Part shown: in pieces, positions 12,726-25,311 of the stretch
Layout of the letters: every line of letters starts with the position of its first letter
Position numbering within the stretch: position 1 is the first letter of the stretch
Assembly: GCA_002269645.1 (NCBI GenBank)
Contig: NIVC01002284.1
Coordinates: forward strand, 175,910 to 239,909
Direction: 5' to 3'
DNA from: Macrostomum lignano
Taxonomy: Eukaryota
DNA length: 64,000 nt
Notes under the pieces: model-generated
The model's database searches: none
Seen by the model: the letters and a program-made list of their open reading frames with translations, nothing else
Told to the model about the DNA's origin: nothing
Made by a program: the position numbers and the translations under genes

Positions 12726-13327
12726 TGACTTTGAGTTCCAACTTTCTGTTTTGTTCCTTTCCCAGTCTCATGCCCCTTTGCCTTATTCCCAAAGTCGCAT
12801 CTCATCTTACCCCAGAGCTCGCTCCGGTGTAGCGAAGCCCTGTCATTGTCGTTCAGTTGAGGCGGTTCTCTTCAAAATTTTCGCTACACAATAAATTAGC
12901 TAAACAAGCAGACTAGGGGGATGTTTTCCTCTCCGACAAAGCAGAGCGACTGTCAGCAAAGATGCTGAAAAAGCCAACCTTGATACTTGAATACAAGGCT
13001 TCTATAGGCAGTTTTCGAAAGCCTAAAGGGAAAGGCGGCAGGTGGAATGAAAAAAAGCAGACTTTGCTGCTTCCGCGGGAGCGGCATACAAGAGAAGGGC
13101 TTCCCAGGAGTGCCTTCTCTGAGCTTAGTGAATCTTTTTTTGAGATTCGAGTTTTCTAAGAAACGGGTTGGATGGGGAGAAATCAGGGATTCTAACTGCT
13201 AAACTGCTCAGGCTCAAGTCACTGGCGAGCTTCCCAGAATCCTGACAGAGTCGGTCGCAACTTGCTGCATCAATTCGGTCTGAAAAAATACTGCAAAAGT
13301 AAATTTATATGACCAGTTGTCGGTGTT

Positions 13328-13541
13328 TGTGACAGGAGTGCCGATGTGGGTGACAGGAGTGTCGATGTGGGTGACAGGAGTGCCGATGTGGGTGACAGGA
13401 GTGTCGATGTGGGTGACAGGAGTGTCGATGTAGATGACAGGAGTGCCGATGTAGATGACAGGAGTGCCGATGTAGTTGACAGGAATACCGATGTGGATGA
13501 CAGGAGTGCCGATGTAGTTGACAGGAATACCGATGTGGATG
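13328..13541. repeat. 21-bp minisatellite, about 10 copies
   Basis: Unit gacaggagtgccgatgtgggt with variants. Confidence 0.9.
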
Positions 13542-15985
13542 ACGGGAGGATCTAAGGGGACGGAGTGCTGAGGGTGACGGGGGACCGATGTGGGTGACAG
13601 GTTCCGGATCTGTTTCAAGTCTCCTAAAACTAATACGTGAAGTCGTGAGCACAGTCATGGCACACTCCATTAAAAATTGCAGCTGGAATGCAATAATTCC
13701 TTATACATTTTATATAGCACAGAGATATGACAGTCAATCAGGCCAGACTTATTATCATATATCTCTTGAAACGCCCGCGTCTTTAGCTCAACATCGCAGC
13801 CACTAATCATGCAAATGAGCACGCATCGCCTGTTGCTATGCTCCATCTTGCCATCTGCTTCTAGTAGACGGACGGGTCTGTTTGCTTCTCTCCACCCAGT
13901 ATGTATTATCTAGTGTGAACTCCCTGACAACTGCACAGGGAATAATGCAGGCAGATGGCTGCTGCTGTCTTATCTGACTGACTATGCGCTGATAATAAGA
14001 GAGTAAGAGAAGCTGACTCAAATCTGTGCTGAAAGCTGAAAACAGAGTTGTTGAGCTAATGAGAGTCAGCCGCTTCATTAGCGAGCAGGCATTCCCATCT
14101 TGCTCAAGCGCAGTAACTCTGCGTTTTCGCCGATTGTTCCATTCCATGCCTAAAGTGCAGGGCCGCCTGCTGCCGCAGACTGAAGTCTCATATTCGCGTC
14201 CTGTCTGTCTAAAACGAACAAGGCAGTAAAGTCTTATTCTGCTGCGATTCTCCACCTGCTTTTTTGAGCCTCCTCCCTTTGATCTGCGCTTCCGAGCAGC
14301 TCTTTATGCATTGGTGTGGCTCGTCTCCGCTCCACGAGTTCGGCAAAGGCTTCTTCTGCGAGCTCCTGCCGGCTGTGCCGAATACCTTTGTGCGGCTTGT
14401 GATGAGGACGAAATCGCTTCATTTTTTATCTGGGATTCTCAGGCTGGGCCAGATTCAGAAAGTTTTAATTGTGTTAATTAGCTTCACAGATCTTCAGTAG
14501 GATTCTTTAGATTCTGATTTGAAGATACCTGGTAAGATCTCGGGCACAGTAATTAGTAATCAAAATTGAGACTCAGAATCAGGGATCTTATCCATGACTC
14601 CGAATCAGGGATCTTGGGACTCGTAATTGAAACCTGGGATCTTAGCTAGTATCTCTAACACTCGGATGTCTGCGGACTTAGGATCTGGTACTCTGAGTCG
14701 GATATCTGGGACTCAGAAGGGGGATTCTGGCTCTTCGAATCCGATATTTGGCGTAATTATCGGCTAGGGATTTTCATAGAAATCAGACTGACATAGTTGC
14801 TATGGAATTAAGTGTAGATTATGAACTCATAATCCGGGATCGACATTTGGAATCCCAAATAGTCTGTTATTACGAGCTTCGTATCCTTGATTTGTGTTAT
14901 GCGCGCCTAATAAATGCCCACCCGCCTGTACTGCTCGGGATGAGTGGCCGAGCGGGTCCCATAACTAAGGATATGCATGTCGTTGTGGACTGAAGGGGGA
15001 ATTGGGGAGGTGTGCAGTGAATTACGGCCAGGCCTCTGCTCAGCAATCAGTGGCTGCCTTACCAGGGCTGGTAAATAATAAATCTGTCTACCTCTGCTTT
15101 CAAAGCGATTCACTTTCTACTTGGCATCGCTGCCGTACTCAGCTTGAGTAGTGCTCATATAGCTCGTAGCTCATTTGTCTCTTGCCAGCTCGTGTGCCGA
15201 ATCGCGCTGGAAGAGTGGAAGGCACCGGCGCACGCAGAAGGGCGCTGGGGAGTAGCGGGCCTGAGTGGCCTAGTCAGCTAGAGTGGGATGAGTCCCCAGT
15301 TTTTTTGTCGCCCGCTCTGATGAAGCCTCGGCTCTATGGGAAGGTGAGAGCCGGAGGCTGAGGAGGGAAGAGGATAGGAGAATATGAGGCGAAGATGCCA
15401 GGTCTACTAAGGTAGCGGGCAGGCGAGGGAGGATGGGAAGAGAGAAAGAAAATGGGACATCTGCCTGCTTCCTCCCTACTTGCTCTTCGTCTTCCTTTGG
15501 CTTCTGTTAAAGCGATGCGGGAGGGGCACGGATGATGAGGCTTAAGGAGGAGGCGGCGGATGAAGGAGCCGGGATGCTGGGCCCGGTTGGAGACGGCGCC
15601 CCGCGGCCTATCGGCTCCTCCAATCCTCTTTATTATTTTTTGGCGAGCCCCTGTGGCTGCTCCCGCTCTGCCCTCCCTTCCCGGCTGCCCGCCCCCCTCC
15701 TTCGGCAGCTACTACTTCTTCGGCTGCCTTGAAGAATTGGTGCGCAGCCATTCTTGAGTTCTTCCCGTTTCCTCCCGCCCTTCTCTGCTGCTCGCATCTC
15801 CCCCGTGGTCTCCTGCGACCTCCCTAACTACTTTGTATAAAAATAGATAGAGAGATAAGCATCGCCGGGCATTTCCCTGCGCCTCCAAAGAGTTGATCTG
15901 CTGATACCCGGAGCTGTGGCCGCTCTCCGAGCCTAACGCTGCAGTCAGTTTTCTATCGAGTGGCTCAACAGTGGAGCCCGATCAG

Positions 15986-16285
15986 AGATCGCAGCAGCCG
16001 CTGCCGCAGCGACGGAGTCTGGCTTCTCCCACTAGCCGACTTCGCGTTGGCATTGGCAGCGGCGGTGGCGTCGGAGGCCGCGGTGGCGGAGTCGGAGGCA
16101 GCAGCGGCGGCGGCGGCCTGTTGTCGGTGTCGGGACATGCCGCGCAGCTGCAGTTGCAGCAGCAGCGCCGTCTGTCGATCCCCGGCATCCGCATCACCCC
16201 CTGCGCCGCCGGCCGCGCCTCGGCCGAATTCTCGTCCGGCTTCCTGTCGCCTGGCAGCATTCTGGACCTGCGGCAGCGGCGGCGG
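15986..16285 (+). CDS. Candidate coding exon (G/Q-rich, RRLSIP motif); 5' boundary uncertain
   Basis: GC-rich open frame RSQQPLPQRRSLASP...QQRRLSIPGIRITP...FLSPGSILDLRQRRR ending at phase-0 donor CGG|gtgagg; no ATG in frame; phase-0 acceptors at 15985 or 15994. Confidence 0.45.
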
Positions 16286-18909
16286 GTGAGGCTGGGCATT
16301 GGCGAATGAAGCCGCTGTGTGCGGACTGCCAATATGACCGTTGTGGGTTACGGAATATAGTGGATTGCTAATCTAGTCAACATGGAGAAAGGATAAAATG
16401 TAATCGTTGAATTTCTAGTCAACAATATGCGTGAAAGCCTGCTCTGTTTGCTTTTTTCTGCTCTCTCCAAGCTCAAACTCCAGGTTCCCAATCACTTCTG
16501 ATGCACTTTAGCAATTCCTGCATCAACACCGGCGAATGTAACTCCATGCAGTCATCTCAGTCAGAATGAAGCTGGAATCTCTGCCGGAGTCTCTCGGCTC
16601 CTGTGCCGTCGGCTACAACAGGGTGTTAATGCGCTGGGCTGTCGCATTACCGGCCTAATTAATTTGAACGAGCCGCTTTGGGAATCTGTGGGAGCGCTAG
16701 GGATTGAGTGCCGGATGAGCGGGTCCCACTGGAGCCTGTTGAGTCCCTATGGAATGAGGAAGCTAGCGAGGCCCAGCAGGGTTCTCGAGAGATGCCCAAT
16801 TTTAGAGTAGCGGCTGGGAATGAAATTTCTCAGGCTCTAATCGGCTCCGACTGCTCAGTTAAGCAATCATTTTTGGCGATGAAATTAATGATGCGCGAAA
16901 GCGTTCTTCGTCTTTGGCCCTGTTCTGCTCAGCTGTGACTTCGTCTCAGTTGTCTGTCTGTCTCAGTTTGTTCCTCAGTCTGCTTTGAGTCGCTTATTAT
17001 CGTTCTTTGAGTCGTCTTTCGGCTAAAACTGCTCGTCTCTAGCGTTCGAAAAATGCGTTCCGTTTTGCATCTGATCCCATGGTCGATCTGCTTGATGGTT
17101 AAAGCTGCTCCAAATCAATGCGACAGTCGACCTGCAGCCAGCGAAGAGGCACATGCGTACACAGGCACTCACAGTGTACAGCAGCCCTAATTTTCTACCT
17201 AAGCTAGCAATGAGCAACCCTGCCCCACCCCTATCCATCCCCGACTCTGAGTAGTGAAACAGTTTGACTTCTCGCCGACTTGTATGAGTTCGATTCTCCG
17301 CTCGCGTGCTCGGCCGCATTAAATTTGGGTTCGAGCGCAGAACTGGCCCGAGGCTGGTCGCAAGTTCACTATCTTGACAATGAGAATATTGGGGCCGCTG
17401 TATGCGATGTGTGCCCAGGCTCGGCATAACTGCATCCTCAGTCACAGCGGGTAAACTGTCTTAATTTTAATGCGCAGCCTATAAAACTCCGCAACTTAAC
17501 TCGCTACAATATCCTATCTATCTATTCCGTCTATCGGTCTTATCGTAGCTACTTTTGATCCCCCAGGTCTCCCAAGCCCGTTTTCACCCAGACCGGAAGC
17601 GGGTTCGGCAATGGCATCGAAAATTTTTTGCCAGCATCCCATTTCGCTCGTCTATATTTCTCTCCGTTTTCTTCCTTTAAGCTTCCGGAATCCCACAGCC
17701 TTCAAATATAGTCTCTTCTTAGCCTGAATTTGTAGGGAATTTTATCCCCTCAAAACCGGCGCCTTCAGTTTCGGGTTGCTCCTGTGCGCATTTCCCGATA
17801 AGCAGCCGTGTGACATTGGCAGGCTGTGGCGGCCGGTAGAATGGTGCGCACTTGCGTTTCTGTGCCTCGCGGCTGTCGGAATTCCCCTGCACTTTTATCT
17901 CGGTTTGATGTGGAATCAAGCAGTCCGATTTCTCCAGGGACAGGGAGGGACATTGCTGCCCTGCTTGCCGCCTCAGCGCAGCCACTTCTATATGGCATTT
18001 GGAGCTGATTGCGACTTGATTTTTATTTGCCTACAGGCTGGCTCGGCTGGTAGTGTCTCTGTAATGCTGCTCCACCAGTCCGCTCTTCTATGCGTATCGG
18101 TTATCAGTCTCTCAGTCTCTCAGTCTCAATCAATTTGCTCTTGTATCTCTACTAGGCCGCCTTTTTATCCCAGTTATATTCTCAATCTCTTATATTTCAA
18201 CGAATTTGTTGCTAAGTACTACTCTTCAATAGTGTCTCTGCAATCTCAATGAGCCTTCAGCCCAGTCTTGCAGGTATTCTACAATATCAGCCTGTCATTT
18301 CGCCTGTCCAAGCAGTCCGGCCTTGGGAGAAAATTTGACTAGAAAAAGGAAACTCTTGCAGCTTCAGCTGGGCCATTTTGGGTGATGAAAAAATTGAGCA
18401 GCATATTGACTGACATCGCCTCGGTCGGCGCAGAGAGAGGAGGGAGGCAGGGAGCTTTTATACGTGACTTTCCTGCGATTCGAACCCGCAATTCCGCCTG
18501 CAATTTTGCGCAGAGCCACGCGACTTCTGCCTGTCAGGAGCGGCACAATGAGGGAGGGGCGAGGCAGAAATTTCTGTTCGACACGACACGAGCTTTCAAT
18601 TTTGTGTTGTCGAAATGCCTTTGTGTTTCTGCGTCCGCCCGAGGGAGGCCGGCTTAATTAATACCCTCTTTTTACCTGCCATGGCTAGTTTTTGTTTTCG
18701 CCGCCGCCCTCGCTTTGCGGCTGCTCGGTTGTGAGGCCTCAGAATCCTAATAATACTCTGTGACTTAGAGGAACGCCTTGAGCAGTATTCGAGAATCTTC
18801 CTGTTTGAAATCATTTCCTAGTAGAACGGCAGTTTTGTTTGTTTTGCTTGCTGTTAGGTTGAAAAGGTTGAATGGCGAAAATCATTAGGTAGTTTCAGTC
18901 GGGTAGAAT

Positions 18910-19327
18910 ACTCGAGGGTGGGATTCTTGTGAGTTGGATAGTTTTAGTTGGGTAGGATAAGTGAGATTTTTGTGAGTTGGGTAGGATAGGTGGGATTCTT
19001 GTGAGTTGGGTAGGATAGGTGGGATTCTTGTGAGTTGGGTAGGATAGGTGGGATTCTTGTGAGTTGGGTAGGATAGGTGGGATTTTTGTGAGTTGGGTAG
19101 CTTCAATTGGGTAGGATAGGTGGGAATTTTGTGAGTTGGGTAGCTTCAATTGGGTAGGATAGGTGGGAATTTTGTGAGTTGGGTAGCTTCAATTGGGTAG
19201 GATAGGTGGGATTTTTGTGAGTTGAGTAGTTTCCGTTGGGTAGGATAATTGGGATTCTTGTGAGTTGGGTAGGATAAGTGGGATTCTTGTGAGTTGGGTA
19301 GGATAAGTGGGATTCTTGTGAGTTGGG
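18910..19327. repeat. 29-bp minisatellite, left arm (more diverged)
   Basis: Unit gtgggattcttgtgagttgggtaggataa with variants. Confidence 0.95.
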
Positions 19328-19692
19328 TTTTTTTTTTTAGAGGCAGGGGGGTTGTGTGCACCTTGGCGCAATTTAAGCGTCATTGGCACACAACCGGCGA
19401 GAGGCATTACTGCCCATTCCGCCGACTCCCCTGAGCAGGCATACAAGCGCGCGGATACGTTACGCAGGCACACACTCACACAGGAGTGTACAGCGGCCCT
19501 AACTTTATCAAATGTTAGGCATGTACACTTCACTGCGCCTTGGGGGGGGGGGGTTGGCTCTCAAGGCCGTTAATTGCACAAGCGAGCCAAGCCAAGATTC
19601 CAATCCAGCCCCAAATTAATGTGGCTGCACTTGGAATCGAGCCTGGGTCGCGGCACACCAGAGCAGCTGCGCTACCGCTGGGCTACGGCCCC
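19328..19692 (-). mobile_element. tRNA-derived SINE, 365 bp, inserted into the minisatellite
   Basis: Minus-strand 5' end GGGGCCGTAGCCCAGCGGTAG (A box), B box GGCTCGATTCC at 19643-19633, A11 tail at 19338-19328, 13-bp TSD cttgtgagttggg at 19315-19327 and 19693-19705. Confidence 0.85.
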
Positions 19693-20270
19693 CTTGTGAG
19701 TTGGGTAGGATAAGTGGGATTCTTGTGAGTTGGGTAGGATAAGTGGGATTCTTGTGAGTTGGGTAGGATAAGTGGGATTCTTGTGAGTTGGGTAGGATAA
19801 GTGGGATTCTTGTGAGTTGGGTAGGATAAGTGGGATTCTTGTGAGTTGGGTAGGATAAGTGGGATTCTTGTGAGTTGGGTAGGATAAGTGGGATTCTTGT
19901 GAGTTGGGTAGGATAAGTGGGATTCTTGTGAGTTGGGTAGGATAAGTGGGATTCTTGTGAGTTGGGTAGGATAAGTGGGATTCTTGTGAGTTGGGTAGGA
20001 TAAGTGGGATTCTTGTGAGTTGGGTAGGATAAGTGGGATTCTTGTGAGTTGGGTAGGATAAGTGGGATTCTTGTGAGTTGGGTAGGATAAGTGGGATTCT
20101 TGTGAGTTGGGTAGGATAAGTGGGATTCTTGTGTGTTGGGTAGGATAAGTGGGATTCTTGTCAGTTTGGTAGGATAAGTGGGATTCTTGTGAGTTGGGTA
20201 GGATAAGTGGGATTCTTGTGAGTTGGGTAGGATAAGTGGGATTCTTGTGAGTTGGGTAGTTTCAGTTGGG
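19693..20270. repeat. 29-bp minisatellite, right arm (homogeneous, about 19 copies)
   Basis: Same unit as 18910-19327, near-perfect copies. Confidence 0.95.
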
Positions 20271-21049
20271 TCAATTTCACGTTGATTATTTTGTCGAGTT
20301 TCAGACACCTGTTCGTATTTATTTAGCAGCTATATCTATTTTGGAGGTAGGAAGTTTTTAGCAACTATAGTCGGTACACGCGCACCTGTTTCAATATAGG
20401 CAAGCAAATCCTGCTTTGCAGCCACGCAGTTGCTCTGCAATTCTTGCCCAGCTTTCTGCTCTGAGTGCGGACAAACGGGTCATTGCGTGACCCCGCCTGC
20501 TTGAGCAGAGGCTGTGTTCCGGCATAGAGTTGTAGCAGCCTATGCCGGAACACAGCCTCTGCTCCTCTCAGAGCATGGGATTCTGTGCACCTGTGCTCGT
20601 CTCTTACACGTGAATCCCGTCTGTCCCAACTCCTAATTCGTACTCAACTTTTCGTCAACTACGAGCTAGATCAAATAGAGAAGGAAATGCAGTTGCTGCT
20701 GCAAGCACTTGGCCAGGTGAACTGTCAAAGTATTGACAAGTTGGGCATCGCATTCGCCTCAGATTTTCAAAGTTCAAATACCTATGCTAAATTTTGTACT
20801 AAAAATGTCCGAGCTGATTGCACGACCAGATTTCATTGGCGCGACTCATATTTGCGATTGTAGCAGTCGGCCTATAAAATTCCATAGTTGAAGCTGATAA
20901 ACTTGTTAATGAAGGCTCGAGGATTTGAAGGCTCGAGGATTTGAAGGCTCTAGGATTTCATTCATCTGCCTTTCTAGTGGGCCCCTCGTGTTATGAATTT
21001 AAATGTATATTTTTATGGAAACTTTTTACTTCTCACTACTGCCAGTAGA

Positions 21050-22420
21050 GAACATGGCATAATGCAAGTATAAAAACGCTGGAAAACGGCTTGGCCTTTT
21101 TCACTACAGTCTGCTTCTGGCGGAACTTTTTTCTTTTTGCTTCGGTGACAACTGGCGAACTGAATCGGGTGTGCCCGGCGGCTGCATTGTTTTTGTGCGC
21201 TGAAGTTCCAGTCCGAAATTGCTTTTGTCCATTGTAGCAGCGGCGGCAGTAGTTTCTGATTGCCCTTCCCCGTTCATCCCTCTCCGCGGACCGGCGTTCT
21301 TCCTCCCGTGTCTCAATAATTAATCTTAGTCTTGCGTCCTCGCTGGCCCGGCAGTGATGACCGACCGAGCACTTCTTGGCCCAGTCCAGCTGGCTACGCA
21401 CTTATCTAAGGTCTGTCTGCTTATGTCCGGAATTTATGCCTGGCCTATGTGCCTAGTACTACAGTGCCATGATTTTATGCCGCTGCAATGGGGCCGACTG
21501 AAATCGCTAATTTTATACTTTCGGCGCGCTATCGCAGCGCTGCTGGCCGGCCGCGCAATGTGAAATAAAAGGAAATGAAAAAGTGAACGCTGCGGATGTT
21601 GAACTGAGAGACGAGAGAGTCTCGGGTTGATGAAAAATTGCAGAATTTTATAATCTTCATCTGCCGAATCCCCAACTGCAATTAGCTTTGCTCCGCTGCC
21701 AGCAGATGCCTCGGTATGGAGACTGACCCCCCCCCCCGCCTTTTCCTGCCTCCCCTGGGGGCATAAATCAACAACACCCAATAAGCAGGAGAAAGCTACG
21801 CCTTGTGTTTTTCTGTTCGGGCCGATTTGACTAATAGTAAATTATCATTAGGCTGGTCATGTGGCCGAGAATTCTGTTTTTGTTGCCACGGCAAGCTCAA
21901 AATGTATCCAGCCGTGCCACTAGTTACGTCAAAATGAGAAGTCTAGTGCTCCTTGAAACGGGCAAAATGTACTCTTACCACCATCTGCAGAGGGCGTGAC
22001 TTTGTGAAGTTCTTGGTGTTCGTGCTTCGGAGTTTTTCTCCCTAAGACTACTTGAAGATGCGCACTTTTCCTGTGAACGTTTACCTGGGCAAGACAGGTA
22101 GAACGTCACGCCATTCATCTGGAGCCACTGCGTGAACTATTTATATTTCGATCTCGGCTCTGCCTTTGTCGCTGGCGCCCAACCTCCGATCGGCAAATTG
22201 CACTTTGTGAATCATTCTGCCCATGGCGGAGAAAAGAAAGGAATAATGGATGAACTGGCTGTGCTCCCTTGATCTCGGTTCGGTGCAGTGCTGATGTACT
22301 TGATACTGCTGGCCGCTGAGGATGAAGACCCCAGACTCTTCTTGGCCTGGCCTGTCATCGCCAATCTGGGAGACTTCGGGCCGCAACTTACCGATTATTT
22401 AAAGGCACTGACGGGCGATA
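21050..22420 (-). mobile_element. Heavily decayed piggyBac-like transposase relic
   Basis: FSAMGRMIHKVQFADRRLGASDK resembles the piggyBac MSR.RF..I...L.F.D...DKL motif; RNYCRRCY... (about 21270-21240) resembles the C-terminal Cys-rich domain; many stops. A possible TTAA|CCTTT end lies near 23015-23022 and no matching second end was found. Confidence 0.35.
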
Positions 22421-24721
22421 CAGCCGATAGTGCAGCTGTACTTTTGTGCCATTCCTCTCCTGTTGACTTCGGTCTGTTTGCAAGTGTGTTCTTTCAGGAT
22501 TGCGATTGGCTTGGGATTGACAAAGTGGAGCCGTCAGTGAATAATGGGCGTCAGTTGTTGGGCAATAAATTGCCAGCCCTTCTCATCAATTATCTGTTCT
22601 GCTCTGCAAGTTGCGGCCTCGGCCCGAAAATTGAAAACAGATCTCATGAACTAATGGCTTTTATTAGAATAGGGCAGAAAAAACCTTTTAAAATTTTCCT
22701 ATTCTTTCACTCTTTTTAAAGCTCTTCCCGTCCTCTTAGCAGCCGCATCAATTGGCGCTGAGCGGAGGGTCGCAAAGCCTCCATTGGAGTTGCTGGCCCC
22801 GGTTTTTGGTTGCAGACCGTCAATTCGTTTGCGTGCCAGGCTGCTTGATGAGTCACATGGTTTGATAGCTGAGTTGATAGTTGTACTTTATTTTGTTAGG
22901 AAGTTTAGGCTTGGTAGCAATTTATTTCTGGGTAACCAATCTGGGTGGCTTAGGGAGGATAATGCAGTACCTAATTACTGAAACGTTGGAGTACTTTGAA
23001 ATTCTGAAATGTTGAAAGGTTAACAGCTGATTTGGCAGGGTGATTTGAGTAATTCAAGCGGGATATTCGCGCACGTGTACTGGGAATCGATGCTTTATAT
23101 TTAGCGAACACTATTTCTGTCACTAAGACGGGGAAGCCATTGCTAGCTGTTTGCTGAGGCGTGCTTTTTCATTGATTTATTTGCACAAACTAGTGCGTAA
23201 GATGAGCTCGGCCGCTTTGACTTGCACTGTTTCACGGCTCTTGAATTGAGTTACTTTATGGCTTCTCCCTTGAACTGCATCGGAATTTCACACGCCCGCA
23301 AGCGCGTCGTCGTGTCAGACAGCCCTGGCCGTTACGTGCCTCAAGCACTTTCGTCTGGAAGTCGCTCCTTTCTGGATCCGTTCACTGTGGCCCTCCGAGC
23401 ACCCCGTGAGCAGTGTACTTCTCTGACACACCCACATACGTCCGCCGCTTCTCTAGTTCCCATCTCTTCTCTATTCCTTTTCAAATTTCTCCCTCTAGCC
23501 ACCCGCGCCTCTCTGATCCCGAGATCCCCAGTGCTCCCCTTCTCCCTCTCTCATCCCTGTGGACAGCGGGATCGATTGTGCGCTCTCTGAGCGGCCGGAG
23601 TGGGTTTCGGGAATTGAGAGCGGCCTGGCTGCGTGGCTGGGCTGGAATTGGACTTCTCAGCGCCCGCGTGTGTATTTGCTCCCGGCTAGTCCCTCCGTGA
23701 GGACGGGGGGAGCGCAGTGGCGGAGCTTGATGAGCTCTTGGCTCAGTCTAGCCAAAGACCCTTGGCTGACTCATGCGCGTCATTCGCGACCTTTGTAGCC
23801 GATCTGGCAATGCTATGAGTATGCATCTCTGCAGGCTTTAAGGCTCTGCTTGCCTTATTGATTGACCACGGTACTGATCAGATTTTTAATCAGGCGAGTT
23901 GAGCTCTCTGCTACTCCAGCTTCATCCAACCTGAACTGCTCTTTTTAATCCACAACCTCGAGCAGCCTACTTTGCTGCTCGAGCTCTTGAGCGCCCCCTG
24001 ACTTCCGTTTCTCCCGCCTCTGCGCCTTGTATGTGAGCTCAGCTTAGCTAGCGGCTGTGCGCGAGCTTTTTGTCGTCTCTAAACGGCGAGAGAACCGAGA
24101 CAAAAAACTGTTGCCTCCATCGCTGCAGGTTGTTTCTCCTCTACTGCTGCTGCAGCCTGAAGGGGCTTAGCGTGCACGCCGCGGCCCAATGATAGTCGCC
24201 CAGGCCGCACAGCCCGGGGGGAGACGGGGCTGGGCGCTGGGATAAAATTGTCCTTCCTGCGCCTTCTCTCCCGGCCGGGTTTTGCCTCTCCGCATCCGCA
24301 GTGCCGCCCCACCCGCACCGGCCTTCCCGTCTGGCCGAGCAAATCCCCGGCAAAGCAGCACCAAGGAGCAGGGCGAAAATCTCACAGCCCAGCCCGCTCC
24401 TCCCATTCCGGCTGCCTGTTCGTGTCTTCTCCCCTGCTCCCATCTGCTGCGAGCTCATCTTCACAGTCAGTTGTCTGCTCCACCGCTTTCTGGCTCGGAG
24501 TTCGCGTGACAGTCGAGGCTCCACTGGGAGGCTGTTTGTCAGAGGGAGTCGCTCGGTCTCGCACGAACGCAAACACTGGGACAGGCCGACTGGCATAGCT
24601 GCTCAAATTCGACTCACATCGTCTGTCTGCGCCGAGAATGCCTCATGCCTAGAGCTCGGCAAACTGCTCTGCTGACAGTTTTCAAATTAAGAAAGGCTCC
24701 TGAGCGAAGCTTTGAGCAGCC

Positions 24722-25015
24722 ATGCTCAGACCGAGTGCTCAGTCGTGCCCGACGAATCGCCAGCATCACCGAGTTCGGTCCATCACCAGTGGCTGCCTGA
24801 CCAGCTCATCCTCGTCATCCTTTTCTGAGGCGCATTCTCCGTCTCCCCTGGTAACCGGCGCCTCGATGCCGGCCCGATTGCGTCATCGGCGAGCGATAGC
24901 CACCGCTGCTGCTGCCGCCGCTGGCAGCCACTCGGGCTCCGGCAGCTCAATTTCGCACGTCATTCTGCGGCGAAAGCCGCTGCTGAAAATGCCGCGGCCA
25001 AGGAGCTGCACTCTG
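24722..25015 (+). CDS. Candidate alternative first coding exon of MAST
   Basis: ATG-initiated S/R-rich frame (RVRSITS, PRPRSCTL), phase-0 donor CTG|gtatga. Confidence 0.45.
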
Positions 25016-25311
25016 GTATGAATGAGCCTCCAGTTGCCGTACTGTAGCCTCGAGTTAGGGTCTGTAATGGGCTGCACTTTTATGCAATCTTTGCGACTCT
25101 TACAGTGCGTGACCCGTCTCTGTATGACTTGTGGCCTCTAAAAATATTTACTGTGTGGATCTTTGACTTTAACATCTGGCAGCTGATGTGAATTTGACTC
25201 GGCAAGCCTCTGTGACTCAAACTGAGAAAATCGACAGTCTCAACGTGACTCTGACAGCCTCCATGCGAATTTTACAGTATTTTTTACCCTGACAGCCTGT
25301 CCGGCTCTGCC

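Noticed and set aside
15532-15905. ATG ORF that might extend the 16-kb exon into a first exon
   Set aside because: Would need several unverified frameshifts.
19620-19692. Possible tRNA gene
   Set aside because: Imperfect stems, continuous with a body, A-tail and TSD, so it is a SINE head.
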